Source: an uncultured Spirochaetota bacterium
Lineage (GTDB): Bacteria; Spirochaetota; Spirochaetia; SZUA-6; Fen-1364
Length of the DNA stretch: 64,000 nucleotides
Direction of reading: 5' to 3'
Assembly (NCBI GenBank): GCA_963781885.1
Contig: CAWAHW010000004.1
Span: forward strand, 64,001-128,000
The notes under the pieces were generated by a model. That model had not been told where the DNA came from and did not search any database. It was given only the letters and a program-made list of their open reading frames with translations. The stretch's first letter is position 1; each line of letters opens with the position of its first letter. Positions 8,872-18,445 of this stretch are shown here, piece by piece. The translations under genes and the position numbers were made by a program.

Positions 8872-10176
8872 ATGGCAAAGGTCAAGTGTGCGATCATCTT
8901 CTTCCTTGTCCTGGTTGCGGCCTTCGCATCAGCGACAGGCTCAAAAGAGGCAGGCAATGCGAAGCCTGTCACAATTACATTCTGGTATCAGGCGGACGCG
9001 GCGTCCGCGAACGACCCCTGGGTGATTTGGCATTCCAGCATCCTGAAAAGCTTTGCAGAGAAATATCCAAACATCACGGTGGATGCAACCGTCGTGGCAG
9101 ACGGGGATGAATACCTCAACAAGATCAGCACCGCAATGGCCGCGGGGAACACCCCCGACGTGTTCAAGACCTGGCTTTCGGGACGGCTCCAGCCTTTTGT
9201 CGAGGCAGGAAGGGTTCAGCCGCTCAACGACCTCATTGAAAAATCGCCGGATCTGAAGAAGGTGCTGAACATGTCGTACCTGGACACGGGAACCTTCGAT
9301 GGAAAGATCTATGCGATCCCGGTAAGCCTCACCGACGAAGTCATCTTCTACAACAAGGCGATTTTCCAGAAATGCGGTCTGTCGGTGCCGAAGACGTGGG
9401 ATGATCTCCTCACCGTCGTGAAGACCCTGAAAGCGAACGGATTCATCCCGGACTCACTGGGCAACAAGAGCGCCTGGCGCGGCTCAATGCCGTACATGGC
9501 GATCTTCGATCGGCTCAACGGCCCTGCTCTCTACAACCAGGTGGTGATCCAGCACAAGGCCAAGTGGAACGACCCCGCGTTCGTCAAGGCGGCCGAATAC
9601 CTGATGAAGTACCGGGATGCGGGCGCGTTCGCGGAAAACTTCAATTCCTTGAGCAGCAGCGAAGGCCAGGCAATGTTCACGTCGAAGAAAGCCGGGATGT
9701 ACTTCATCCTCACGGGCGAAATATCCACCCTGGGCCCCGCCCTGGGGTCTGATCTCGGATTCTTCGATTTCCCCGTCATCCCGGCGCCCGCGGGCACGGG
9801 CAAGATCGGGGGCGGCCTCATCAACAAGGACAACGGGTATGCCATCGGCAGCAATTCCCTGCACAAAGAGGAAGCCGCGACCTTCTTCAAGCACATATTC
9901 TCGCAGGGATCGCAGAAGACGATTGCCGAGCTTGGCGATCTTATCGCGTGCGTGAACGTGGACTACGACAAGTCCAAAGTGCACCCCATCCTCTCCGACC
10001 TCATGAAATCAATCCGCACCGCGGAGTACCCCATCATACCCTGGGACAACCCGCTCGGGGTCAACATCGGCAAAGAGTTCAATCTCACGACGCAGGCCAT
10101 CCTGGGAGGCGCCGATCCGACGGAAGCGTTCCAGAAGCTCCAGAAGGTTGCTGCCGCGGAATGGGAATCCCAGTAA
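8872..10176 (+). CDS. Carbohydrate ABC transporter substrate-binding protein (CUT1)
   Basis: Signal peptide ending AFASATGSKE, KYPNITV, AAGNTPDVF, DGKIYAIP, IFYNKAIF, PKTWDDL. Confidence 0.92.
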   Translation: MAKVKCAIIFFLVLVAAFASATGSKEAGNAKPVTITFWYQADAASANDPWVIWHSSILKSFAEKYPNITVDATVVADGDEYLNKISTAMAAGNTPDVFKTWLSGRLQPFVEAGRVQPLNDLIEKSPDLKKVLNMSYLDTGTFDGKIYAIPVSLTDEVIFYNKAIFQKCGLSVPKTWDDLLTVVKTLKANGFIPDSLGNKSAWRGSMPYMAIFDRLNGPALYNQVVIQHKAKWNDPAFVKAAEYLMKYRDAGAFAENFNSLSSSEGQAMFTSKKAGMYFILTGEISTLGPALGSDLGFFDFPVIPAPAGTGKIGGGLINKDNGYAIGSNSLHKEEAATFFKHIFSQGSQKTIAELGDLIACVNVDYDKSKVHPILSDLMKSIRTAEYPIIPWDNPLGVNIGKEFNLTTQAILGGADPTEAFQKLQKVAAAEWESQ

Positions 10177-10245
10177 AGCCCGGGTGCAAAGGAAAGCCCA
10201 TGGGCAGCGCTCATGGCCTTCTCGTCCTGACGCAAAGGAATAGTC

Positions 10246-11133
10246 GTGGACAAGATGCTGCGGAATGGCGGGACGATTGCTCTTTTCATCCTGCCGGTCT
10301 TCCTCGTGTATTCCCTGATCATTCCGATCCCGCTCATCACGTCTCTCGTCCTGAGCGGCTTCGATTGGAATCTTCTGGGACCCATGAAATTCATCGGCCT
10401 CAGGAATTTCATCAACCTCTTCACCACCGACTTCATCCTCATGCAGGCACTGAGGAACACACTGGTGTACCTGGTCTTTTCCATCCTCCTGCAGCTTCCA
10501 ATGGCGTTCCTCCTTGCCAATATCCTGGGAGCAAACCTGCCCGGGAGAAACGCTTTCCGGACAATACTCTACATGCCCGTGACATTTTCCGGCGTGGCGG
10601 TTTCCCTCATCTGGTATTTTTTCTACCACCGTCGGTCTGTTGAACCAGTTCATCCGATTGATCGGGTTTGCAAACTTCCACCTGGCGTGGCTCGACACGG
10701 GACCGCCCGCGCTCGGCGCCGTCATCGTGAGCGTTGCATGCAATGGACGGGTTATCACATGGTGCTCTATCTCGCCGGCATGGCGAGCATCCCGGATGAG
10801 GTGATCGAATCCGCAAGGATGGACGGCGCGAACGCCCTGCAGCTCGCGCGGCATATCATCTTCCCCTTCCTGCTGCCGATGTTGTCCGTCAGCACCGTCC
10901 TGATCACCACCTCGTCCCTCAAGAGCTTCGACAGCATCTACATCATGACTGACGGGGGACCCAACCATGCCACGGAGGTGCTCGCCTCCCACATGTACGT
11001 GAAGTCTTTCGCACAGTTGAAATATGGATACGGAAGCGCCATCGGCGTCCTGTTGTTCATTCTCTGCGTTGTCGCGACCTTGATCATTCGACGAACTTAC
11101 AAAAGCCTCGGGGAGGAAGACTTTGAAGAATAA
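10246..11133 (+). CDS. Carbohydrate ABC permease (compensating frameshifts about 10630 and 10740)
   Basis: FIGLRNF, EAA loop ESARMDGA, TDGGP. The expected GLLNQFIRLIGF..AWL..ALGAVIVSVA segment sits in another frame between 10630 and 10740. Confidence 0.9.
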   Translation: MDKMLRNGGTIALFILPVFLVYSLIIPIPLITSLVLSGFDWNLLGPMKFIGLRNFINLFTTDFILMQALRNTLVYLVFSILLQLPMAFLLANILGANLPGRNAFRTILYMPVTFSGVAVSLIWYFFYHRRSVEPVHPIDRVCKLPPGVARHGTARARRRHRERCMQWTGYHMVLYLAGMASIPDEVIESARMDGANALQLARHIIFPFLLPMLSVSTVLITTSSLKSFDSIYIMTDGGPNHATEVLASHMYVKSFAQLKYGYGSAIGVLLFILCVVATLIIRRTYKSLGEEDFEE

Positions 11134-11956
11134 GCGTCCTTCCCCCATCGACGTCATCAAGTATGCCTTCCTGATTGCCTACGCGCTGATGATTCTCGTG
11201 CCGCTGTTCTTCATCCTGATCTCGTCCCTCAAGGATGACCAGGACATATTCATGCATCCGTTCGCCCTCCCCCAGACCTGGCATTTCGTCTATTACAAGG
11301 AAGTCTGGGTCAACTATGACCTGTACAAATACTTCATCAACAGCATCTATTACACGTCCGTTTCCGTCATTGCCACCATTTCACTGTGCGCCCTGGGCGC
11401 CTACGCAGTCGTGCGTCTGAAATGGAGGCTGAAGAACGTCGCGTTCGGCTATTGCCTGCTCGGCCTGATGGTCCCGACGCATGCGCTGGTGGTTCCCCTC
11501 TACATCATGGCCGTGAAGCTCAGGGTCAACGATCCCCGGATTACGATCGTGTTGATCATGACGGCCACCCATATCACGACGTCCCTGTTTATCCTGAGCG
11601 GCTATCTGAAAAAGATGCCTCTGGAAATGGAAGAAGCGGCGGTCATCGATGGCTGTTCGATCACGAGCGTCTTCTTCCGCATCGTTGCCCCGATCATGCA
11701 GCCGGCAATCGCAACCGTGGCCATCTTCACGTTCCTCTCCATCTGGAACGATTTCTTCGTCAGCCTCATTTTCATCGATAACCAGAAGCTCTGGAGCATC
11801 CAGCTCGGGATGAGCATGTTCAAGGGAAGCCTGTCTGTGAGCTATTCGCACCTGCTTGTCGCGATCTCCATCACCATCATCCCCGCCATTGTCCTGTACG
11901 CGTTCCTGAACCGGAAGATCATCGCCGGCTTGACCGCGGGCGCAGTGAAGGCGTAG
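11123..11956 (+). CDS. Carbohydrate ABC permease (MalG-like)
   Basis: EEAAVIDGCS, FLSIWNDF, C-terminal GLTAGAVKA. Confidence 0.92.
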   Translation: MKNKRPSPIDVIKYAFLIAYALMILVPLFFILISSLKDDQDIFMHPFALPQTWHFVYYKEVWVNYDLYKYFINSIYYTSVSVIATISLCALGAYAVVRLKWRLKNVAFGYCLLGLMVPTHALVVPLYIMAVKLRVNDPRITIVLIMTATHITTSLFILSGYLKKMPLEMEEAAVIDGCSITSVFFRIVAPIMQPAIATVAIFTFLSIWNDFFVSLIFIDNQKLWSIQLGMSMFKGSLSVSYSHLLVAISITIIPAIVLYAFLNRKIIAGLTAGAVKA

Positions 11957-11972
11957 GGCGGCGAAAGAGGAA

Positions 11973-12845
11973 ATGCCCATGGAACTTATTTTTCTCGGCA
12001 CGGGAGCGGCGGAAGGGGTCCCGGCGGCCTACTGCCGATGCGCCATCTGCCAGGGCGTCAGGCAAAGAGGCGGCGTGGAGGTGAAATCCCGTTCCTCCTT
12101 CCGTGTCGGACCCCATCACCAGATCGACATCTCTCCCGATCACTACTGGCAGATGATCAGAACAGGCACGGATATGTACGATGTCGAGCATGTCCTCATC
12201 ACCCACACGCACGAGGATCACTGTTCGCTCTTCGCGCTCCTCGACAAGGAAATGGCCGAGGAAGGCAACCGCAAGCCCCTTTCCCTCTACATGTCCAAAC
12301 CTGCCAGAGTATATGTCCAGGAGATGATCGCACACCTCTCGCTCCCCGCAGGGAAGATGCGCTGGATCGACGCGAACTTCGCCTTCCACGGTCTGGACTA
12401 TTTCCAGGAGTATGCAATCGGCGGCCTTTCGGTAAGGACGGTCAAGGGAAACCACACCGCCTACGGAGCAAACGAGTATTCCATCAACTACCTTGTGGGC
12501 ATGCCGCACGGGAAGACGCTCCTGTACGCCTGCGACACGGGCTTCTACCAGGAGGAGACGTGGGAATACCTTGCGGGTAAGCATGTCGATGTGCTCGTCT
12601 TGGAGTGCACCTTCGCAGGGCGGACGGACCGCGGGGAGTTCCCCGAGGCCCACCTGGACCTGGCAAGCTGGTTCGCGACGCTGGGCCGCATGTCAGACAC
12701 CGGTTTCATCGACGCGAAGACCATGGTATACGCCACGCACCTCAACCCTCACCAGGGGCTCGACCATTTCGGCCTCCACGACAGGCTCCAGCACAGCCCC
12801 TACCATGGCACGGCGGCGTACGACGGGCTGCGCGTCGAGGTGTGA
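11973..12845 (+). CDS. MBL-fold metallo-hydrolase, PhnP-like
   Basis: FLGTGAAEGVP..CRCAIC, THTHEDH (HxHxDH), YACDTG, LECT, ATHLNP, AYDG. Confidence 0.85.
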   Translation: MPMELIFLGTGAAEGVPAAYCRCAICQGVRQRGGVEVKSRSSFRVGPHHQIDISPDHYWQMIRTGTDMYDVEHVLITHTHEDHCSLFALLDKEMAEEGNRKPLSLYMSKPARVYVQEMIAHLSLPAGKMRWIDANFAFHGLDYFQEYAIGGLSVRTVKGNHTAYGANEYSINYLVGMPHGKTLLYACDTGFYQEETWEYLAGKHVDVLVLECTFAGRTDRGEFPEAHLDLASWFATLGRMSDTGFIDAKTMVYATHLNPHQGLDHFGLHDRLQHSPYHGTAAYDGLRVEV

Positions 12846-12919
12846 GGAGGTGCGCCCGCGCCCCGGTGATTCCGTCATCTCTACAGGTGAGGCACCCCGG
12901 CGCATCAGAAATGCGCAGC

Positions 12920-14341
12920 CTAGAGCCCGCGGATCCAGTCGCGCATGGCCGCCAGCGCCTCGGGTGCAAAGGTTTCCGTGAGCTTTCCATATTCATCGGG
13001 GAGACCCGTTCCCGCGTGCTGGAAAAGGTGATTGAGGCCGTCCAGCTTCACAAGCTTGTAGCGCGTGTTGCCCGCCGCTTTCAGCGCGGTCTCTATTGCG
13101 GGAAGATCGAGGTCAGCCGGGACTTGAAGATCCTTTGAGCCGTTCAAGGCGAGCACTGGCACCTTGATCTGGGACAGGTATGCGGCCGGATCGAGGGCCA
13201 GGAAGGTCCTGAACCATGGGGCAAACAAAGGCGAAACGACGCTCGCGGCATTCGCTTTGGCGTCCGCCTTGTCCTTTTCTGAAAGCGACGTGTCGGCATC
13301 CAGGGCGTCCAGGTAGGTCTGCTTTGCCTCGGCGAAGAGGGCGTCTGCGCTTCCCGGCTTCATGGCGATGGCGTAGAGCTTCTGGTTCAACTGGGACGAT
13401 CGCGCAACGGTCGTTTCGTCGATGCCGGAAGCCCTGGCGATGGCGCTGCCTTGAGCCGCAAGGAGCTTGTCACCGGGAAGGCCCGGCCCGGCCAGAAGCA
13501 CGATGAACGCGACCGCGGGGTTCCGCGCGGCGACGATAGGCGAGATGAGGCCCCCTTCGCTGTGACCGGCGATGCCCACGCGCTTCGGGTCGATCTCCTT
13601 TCGCGCCGCAAGGAATGCAAAGGCGGCTTCCGCGTCATCGGCAAAATCGAATGTCGTCGCCGACGCGAAATCGCCCTTCGACGCAGCGATCCCTCTGTCG
13701 TCATAGCGCAGCACGGCAATGCCGTTCCTGCTCAGGTAGTCGGCGATCACCAGGAAAGGCTTGTGCCCCATGAGCTCCTCGTTGCGGTTCTGCGGCCCCG
13801 ACCCCGTCACCAGGACAACGGCAGGGAAAGGCCCCGGGCCCGGAGGAATCGTGAGGGTGCCGGCAAGCTCGACGTTTGCCTTCCTGTTGATGAACGTCAC
13901 GTCGATGCTCGCGTACGGGAAGGGCGGCCTCGGCTCCTGGGGCCGGTCCAGGACGGGCGCCGCGTCCAGCTTTTTCAGCAGCACGGGGAAGCGTGCACCG
14001 CGCTGACTCCAGATGCCGTCGATGCTCCTGCCGTCCGCCGAGATTTTTCCCGCATACGATCCCGATGCCGATTTCACTTCCAGCACGATGGAATCCTTCT
14101 GGACGTCGACCCGGGTCACCGGTACCCCTTTGACCCCCTGGTCGGGGCTGTCCATCGTGGCGGAAAAAACGCCGTTGGAGGCGCTGACGGCGAAGCCGAT
14201 CCTCAGTGTGACGGCGCCCGCTTTCAGGTCTCCCATCCACGATCCCACGAAAGCGTCGGAAGCCGCGGACTGAGCGGAAACGCCGACGGCGCCAGCCAGG
14301 AAAGCCACAAGCGCCGTCGCCAGGGAACGAGACAAGATCAT
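12920..14341 (-). CDS. Exported alpha/beta hydrolase (S9/S15-like)
   Basis: Signal peptide, N-terminal WxGxL..DSPDQG domain, GSGPQNRNE, nucleophile GHSEGG, NGSKDLQV, LNHLFQ. Confidence 0.9.
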   Translation of the reverse strand: MILSRSLATALVAFLAGAVGVSAQSAASDAFVGSWMGDLKAGAVTLRIGFAVSASNGVFSATMDSPDQGVKGVPVTRVDVQKDSIVLEVKSASGSYAGKISADGRSIDGIWSQRGARFPVLLKKLDAAPVLDRPQEPRPPFPYASIDVTFINRKANVELAGTLTIPPGPGPFPAVVLVTGSGPQNRNEELMGHKPFLVIADYLSRNGIAVLRYDDRGIAASKGDFASATTFDFADDAEAAFAFLAARKEIDPKRVGIAGHSEGGLISPIVAARNPAVAFIVLLAGPGLPGDKLLAAQGSAIARASGIDETTVARSSQLNQKLYAIAMKPGSADALFAEAKQTYLDALDADTSLSEKDKADAKANAASVVSPLFAPWFRTFLALDPAAYLSQIKVPVLALNGSKDLQVPADLDLPAIETALKAAGNTRYKLVKLDGLNHLFQHAGTGLPDEYGKLTETFAPEALAAMRDWIRGL

Positions 14342-15024
14342 GTGTCACCTCCGTGCATCGATGCAGAGTCGCCGCGGGCGCCTTCCTCCGCACGCCATGC
14401 AAAGTATGAATACGCGTAGGCGTAGAGGATGCTGGCCAGGGCGGTTCCCAGAAGAACGTAATAGGTCCATTTATTCACGAGCAGATCGGTGAAGATCACC
14501 AGAATCCCCGCGATCACAAAGGCCCAACCACACTGACGGTGCGTTTTCGTCCACACGCGCGGACTCGAAAGGGTCCAGGGCGTGCGCACGCCGATGAACC
14601 AGTTGGGCCTGATTTTTCCCATGTAGTTGCCCAGCACGATGAAAAGCGCGCCGAGGGCCAGGGGAAGGATCGCGGTTCCCAAGGCTCCATGGCCGCGGAT
14701 GGAGAGCTGGACGATCCCGTAGACGACGGCAAAGAACGCCAGGAGCGCGATGCGCAGGGCGCGATACGTTCCCTGGAACTTCTGGTAGTTGAGTCTCTTG
14801 GGATCGATAAGAGGAAGAAAAAGCAGAAGAAGATAGACGACTATCGCCACGCCGGGGAAAAGGAAGAGCCCGAATGCCTTTCCCGAGTAGCCGTCCACCT
14901 GACCCAACACGTTCCAATGCGTCGGGATTTGTTCCGGCGCCCAGGGCCAGGCTGTTGCGGCAAGGATGCACATCGCGGCAAGGATGACCCAGGAGGCGAT
15001 CTCTGCACGCCAGTGAATTTTCAT
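14338..15024 (-). CDS. SdpI family membrane immunity protein (DUF1648 + SdpI)
   Basis: PEQIPTHWNVLGQVDG, IDPK, GNYMGKIRPNWFIGVRTPWTL..VWTKTHR. Confidence 0.88.
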   Translation of the reverse strand: MKIHWRAEIASWVILAAMCILAATAWPWAPEQIPTHWNVLGQVDGYSGKAFGLFLFPGVAIVVYLLLLFLPLIDPKRLNYQKFQGTYRALRIALLAFFAVVYGIVQLSIRGHGALGTAILPLALGALFIVLGNYMGKIRPNWFIGVRTPWTLSSPRVWTKTHRQCGWAFVIAGILVIFTDLLVNKWTYYVLLGTALASILYAYAYSYFAWRAEEGARGDSASMHGGDT

Positions 15025-15326
15025 GAGCCTTTCTTCCTCCTCCGCGCGTCTTTCCGGGCCCGCCCCGTGGAGCTGAAGAGCCGAACCAGCGCGCCCAATG
15101 TCTCCTCCGCCACCGAGGTATTCAGGCTGTAGAGAATGGTCGTCCCCTGGCGCTCGGACAGGATGAGTCCGGCGCGCTTCAGCACGTTGAAATGCCCCGA
15201 CAGCGTGGAGCGGGCAAGATCAAAGCGCCGCGCCAGCTCCCCGGCGGACCTGTCCCCCGCGCGCAGGGCTTTCAGGATCTCCCGGCGCGTCGGATCGCTC
15301 AGCGCATGCAGTATCTCGTCCAGCAC
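15021..15326 (-). CDS. ArsR/SdpR-like autorepressor
   Basis: ALSDPTRREIL, SAGELA..STLSGHFNVLK..GTTILYSLNTSV. Stop overlaps the sdpI ATG. Confidence 0.88.
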   Translation of the reverse strand: MLDEILHALSDPTRREILKALRAGDRSAGELARRFDLARSTLSGHFNVLKRAGLILSERQGTTILYSLNTSVAEETLGALVRLFSSTGRARKDARRRKKGS

Positions 15327-15333
15327 GATCCCT

Positions 15334-15389
15334 TATTTCCTTATTTCGCGAAATAACGAAATACTAATGACTCTCCCGCTCGGTGTCAA
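15334..15389 (-). promoter_or_regulatory. Sigma70 promoter and SdpR-type operator
   Basis: Minus strand TTGACA (15389-15384)-17 bp-TAGTAT (15366-15361). Near-perfect 30-bp palindrome TATTTCCTTATTTCG/CGAAATAACGAAATA at 15334-15363. Confidence 0.8.
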
Positions 15390-15475
15390 TGCCCCCGCGT
15401 GTCTTGAACGTCAACGCGGCGCGCCGCCCCCTCCCGATGCGCGGGCCGCACCCACCGCCTTTCGTCGCGGACGCG

Positions 15476-16084
15476 TCAGGCCTTTCTCGCGACCATGATG
15501 AAATACTTCAACAGCCCGAACGGACACTTCTCCTTGAAATGAAGAACATCAAATCCGGCCTGACGAACGTAATCGCGGAACTCTTGCTCCGTCAGCATGG
15601 AATCGTAGGGATGGTCCGTCAGCGCCCCGAACAGTCTCCCGGCAGCATAGGTGAACGTCTCCTGCGATAGCTCCTCGAGAATCAGAAGGCCTCCCGGCTT
15701 GAGCACTCTTTTCAGCTCACGCACGCCTTTTTTCCAATCCGGCATATTGTGAAGATCTGCCAGATTGAAAGCCGCGTCGAAGCTGTTGTCAGCGAAGCTC
15801 ATTGAACGGACGTCTTGTACGGAGAAATCGACCGGCGCATCGCCATGGTTCCTGCATGCAGCCGCAATCATTTCATCGTCCCGGTCAATGGCGGATACTC
15901 TCTCCGCGGAGAAGTACTTGCGGATCAGTTGTGTGGGCTTGCCGTTCCCACAGGCGATATGCAGCGCACGGCGTATGCCCCCGACATCGGTTGCCGCCCG
16001 CAGGGGCTTCACTTCCAGGAGCTCTCTGACGAATGACCGCAGGGGATTATTCTCCAGCATGAACTCGAAAGACTTCTGCTTCAT
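15476..16084 (-). CDS. Class I SAM-dependent methyltransferase
   Basis: ALHIACGNG, AIDRD, QDVRSMSFADNSFD, RVLKPGG. Confidence 0.85.
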   Translation of the reverse strand: MKQKSFEFMLENNPLRSFVRELLEVKPLRAATDVGGIRRALHIACGNGKPTQLIRKYFSAERVSAIDRDDEMIAAACRNHGDAPVDFSVQDVRSMSFADNSFDAAFNLADLHNMPDWKKGVRELKRVLKPGGLLILEELSQETFTYAAGRLFGALTDHPYDSMLTEQEFRDYVRQAGFDVLHFKEKCPFGLLKYFIMVARKA

Positions 16085-16345
16085 GGTTGTTCCTGTTTTT
16101 GCGTGCGACCCGGGACCCGATCATCTTAGGCTGGCACGACAACGCGATCAAGCCCGCGGCCCACCCTGCCGCAGGCGACAATGGGCCGCACGGCTGCCCG
16201 GCAGTCGACGCCAAGCGATGCGCAGGACGCGGCCGTCGAACCGGCGCCCGAACGGCCGAGAGTCCAGACAGGAAAGATGACTCCTGCGCGACCGTTGTCG
16301 ACGACGCGGGAAAAATCGATCTTCTCCTTGTTGGAAGGATCAACC

Positions 16346-17740
16346 ATGCGAAATCGGGTTCTCATGACGGTATTTCTCCTGCTCGGAATGTGCCCCCTCG
16401 TGGAGGCGCAGGATTGGCCGACTTTTGGATGGGACGTCGGCCGCTCCAGCGCGCCGAACGTCGCGACGGGCCTCAGCACGGAGACAGTCAGCTCGCTGTC
16501 ACGTCAACAGGTGGCGATCGACGGAACCGTGGACGGGTCTGCCATCTATCTGCGCGGGGCGACCATCGCGGGATCGCCCCATGACGCTTTTTTTGTCACG
16601 ACCACATACGGCAAGACTCTGGCACTGGACGCCGACAGCGGCGCCGTGCTCTGGGAGGACACGCCGGCGAGCTACGAAAGCCTGAAGGGGACCTATCGAA
16701 TCACGAACGCAACACCCGTTGCCGACGACGATCGGAAGTTCATCTATGCCGCCGCCCCGGATGGGATGATCAGAAAGCTGGCGGTGGCGGACGGCCGGGT
16801 GATGTGGGCAACGGCAATCACCAGGCTCGCCGAGCGCGAAAAGATTGCATCGCCGCTGTCTTTTTTTCACGGAAGGGTGATTGCGGCAACGGACGGCTAT
16901 ATCGGCGACCAGCCGCCCTACCAGGGTCACGTGGCGATCCTGGACGCCGCAACCGGCTCCCTGCTCCACGTATGGAACTCCCTGTCCAGTGACCGTCGCG
17001 AGCTGCTCGACCCTTCATCCGTGCCGCAGAGCGATTCAGGGATCTGGGGGCGCGCCGGCGTCGTCATCGATCCTGCGACCGGCGATCTCTACGTCGCAAC
17101 GGGCAACGGCACATGGGACGGCGCGGTCAACTGGGGCGACGCCGTCATCGAGCTTAACCCGGACGCCGCGAAAATCCTGGGCAACTATACACCCGACAAC
17201 ACCGAGGCGCTCAATGAACAAGACCAGGATCTTGGCTCGACGTCACCGGTGCTCCTGGGACACGGCTTGATTGCCCAGGGGGGAAAGGACCGCATCATTC
17301 GCGTGCTCGATTGGCGCACCATGTCTGGTGCCGCCCCGCATCGCGCCGGCGAAGCGGACAAGGTGCCCACGCCCTCCGGGAACCGTCTTTTCACGGCACC
17401 TGCGCTCTTGCGGCGCGGCGATGCGACGTGGTTGTTCGCCGCCGATGGCGGGGCCACCTCCGCGTGGACTCTGGCCGGCGCGTCACTTCAGCCCCGGTGG
17501 CGGGCGGACAACGCCGGAACGAGTCCCGTGGTGGCCGACGGCATGCTCTTCGCGTACGACCCGCATGGCGGACTGCGGATCTACGAGGCGACGTCCGGGC
17601 GGCCGATTGCCACGCTGCCCTGCGGCGCCGGGCACTGGAACAGCCCCGTTGTCGCGGATGGCCGTATCGCCCTGCCTGAGGGCAATGCAAACTCGCACCA
17701 GACGAACGGCGTCATGGATATCTGGCGATTGCGGAAATAG
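16346..17740 (+). CDS. Exported PQQ-binding-like beta-propeller protein
   Basis: Signal peptide, DWPTFG, repeated ALDAxSG..W blades, GIWGRAG, YVATGNG, DLGSTSP. Confidence 0.8.
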   Translation: MRNRVLMTVFLLLGMCPLVEAQDWPTFGWDVGRSSAPNVATGLSTETVSSLSRQQVAIDGTVDGSAIYLRGATIAGSPHDAFFVTTTYGKTLALDADSGAVLWEDTPASYESLKGTYRITNATPVADDDRKFIYAAAPDGMIRKLAVADGRVMWATAITRLAEREKIASPLSFFHGRVIAATDGYIGDQPPYQGHVAILDAATGSLLHVWNSLSSDRRELLDPSSVPQSDSGIWGRAGVVIDPATGDLYVATGNGTWDGAVNWGDAVIELNPDAAKILGNYTPDNTEALNEQDQDLGSTSPVLLGHGLIAQGGKDRIIRVLDWRTMSGAAPHRAGEADKVPTPSGNRLFTAPALLRRGDATWLFAADGGATSAWTLAGASLQPRWRADNAGTSPVVADGMLFAYDPHGGLRIYEATSGRPIATLPCGAGHWNSPVVADGRIALPEGNANSHQTNGVMDIWRLRK

Positions 17741-17835
17741 CGACAGGCCGGCGAATGCGCCGGGGCACGTGCCGCACGGATCCGAAACATACGCCCCATC
17801 CGTGACGGCGCAGCCGGGAACTTCCTGCAGAGTTC

Positions 17836-17880
17836 TTGACCGAACCAAGGGGCTATGTTATTTATAACATAGTGCCTTGG
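17836..17880 (+). promoter_or_regulatory. Promoter with PadR operator
   Basis: TTGACC at 17836. Palindrome CCAAGG-gg-CTATGTTA-ttta-TAACATAG-tg-CCTTGG contains ATGT-N8-ACAT, the known PadR box. Confidence 0.75.
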
Positions 17881-17890
17881 AGGTCTAGGT

Positions 17891-18445
17891 GTGGAACTAA
17901 AAGACGTCATTCTCGGTTTTCTGGAGCGAAAGCAACTGACAGGCTACACGCTGAAAGGCATGTTCTCGGAGCTCGATTTCCTTCCGTGGTCGGGCAACAA
18001 CAACCAGATCTATACGGCGCTTATAGAGCTTGAGAAGGAGGGGCTCGTCAAGAAGCAGACGATGCAGCAGGAAAAGCTGCCCGCCCAGAAGCGCTACTCC
18101 GCGACGGAGGCGGGCAAGAAGCGGCTCCGTCATGCGGTTCTGCAGCCTTCGGATGCGCCCGGCGTCAGAAACGACTTCCTTCTGAGACTGGCCTGGACCG
18201 AATGTCTGTCGAATGAAGAGATCACGGCAATGATCGACGACTACAGGAAGACCATCGAAATGGAGCTCGTGATGAGCCAGGAAAAGATGCGGCGGAGGAG
18301 CTCAGGAGAGGCACGGAGCGCGAGAGAGGACTACATGTGGGGCATGATATTGAAAAACCGCGCCATGGCGCTGGAAGGCGAACTGCATTGGCTGGCGCGG
18401 CTGCGGGACGGCCTGACGAGAAATAAAAAGGAGCGATTGCGATGA
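17891..18445 (+). CDS. PadR family transcriptional regulator
   Basis: ILGFL..TGYTLK, WSGNNNQIYTALIELEKEGLV, YSATEAGK. Confidence 0.9.
   Translation: MELKDVILGFLERKQLTGYTLKGMFSELDFLPWSGNNNQIYTALIELEKEGLVKKQTMQQEKLPAQKRYSATEAGKKRLRHAVLQPSDAPGVRNDFLLRLAWTECLSNEEITAMIDDYRKTIEMELVMSQEKMRRRSSGEARSAREDYMWGMILKNRAMALEGELHWLARLRDGLTRNKKERLR

Noticed and set aside
16131-16148. CTGGCACG as a sigma54 -24 element
   Set aside because: There is no TTGC at the -12 position.
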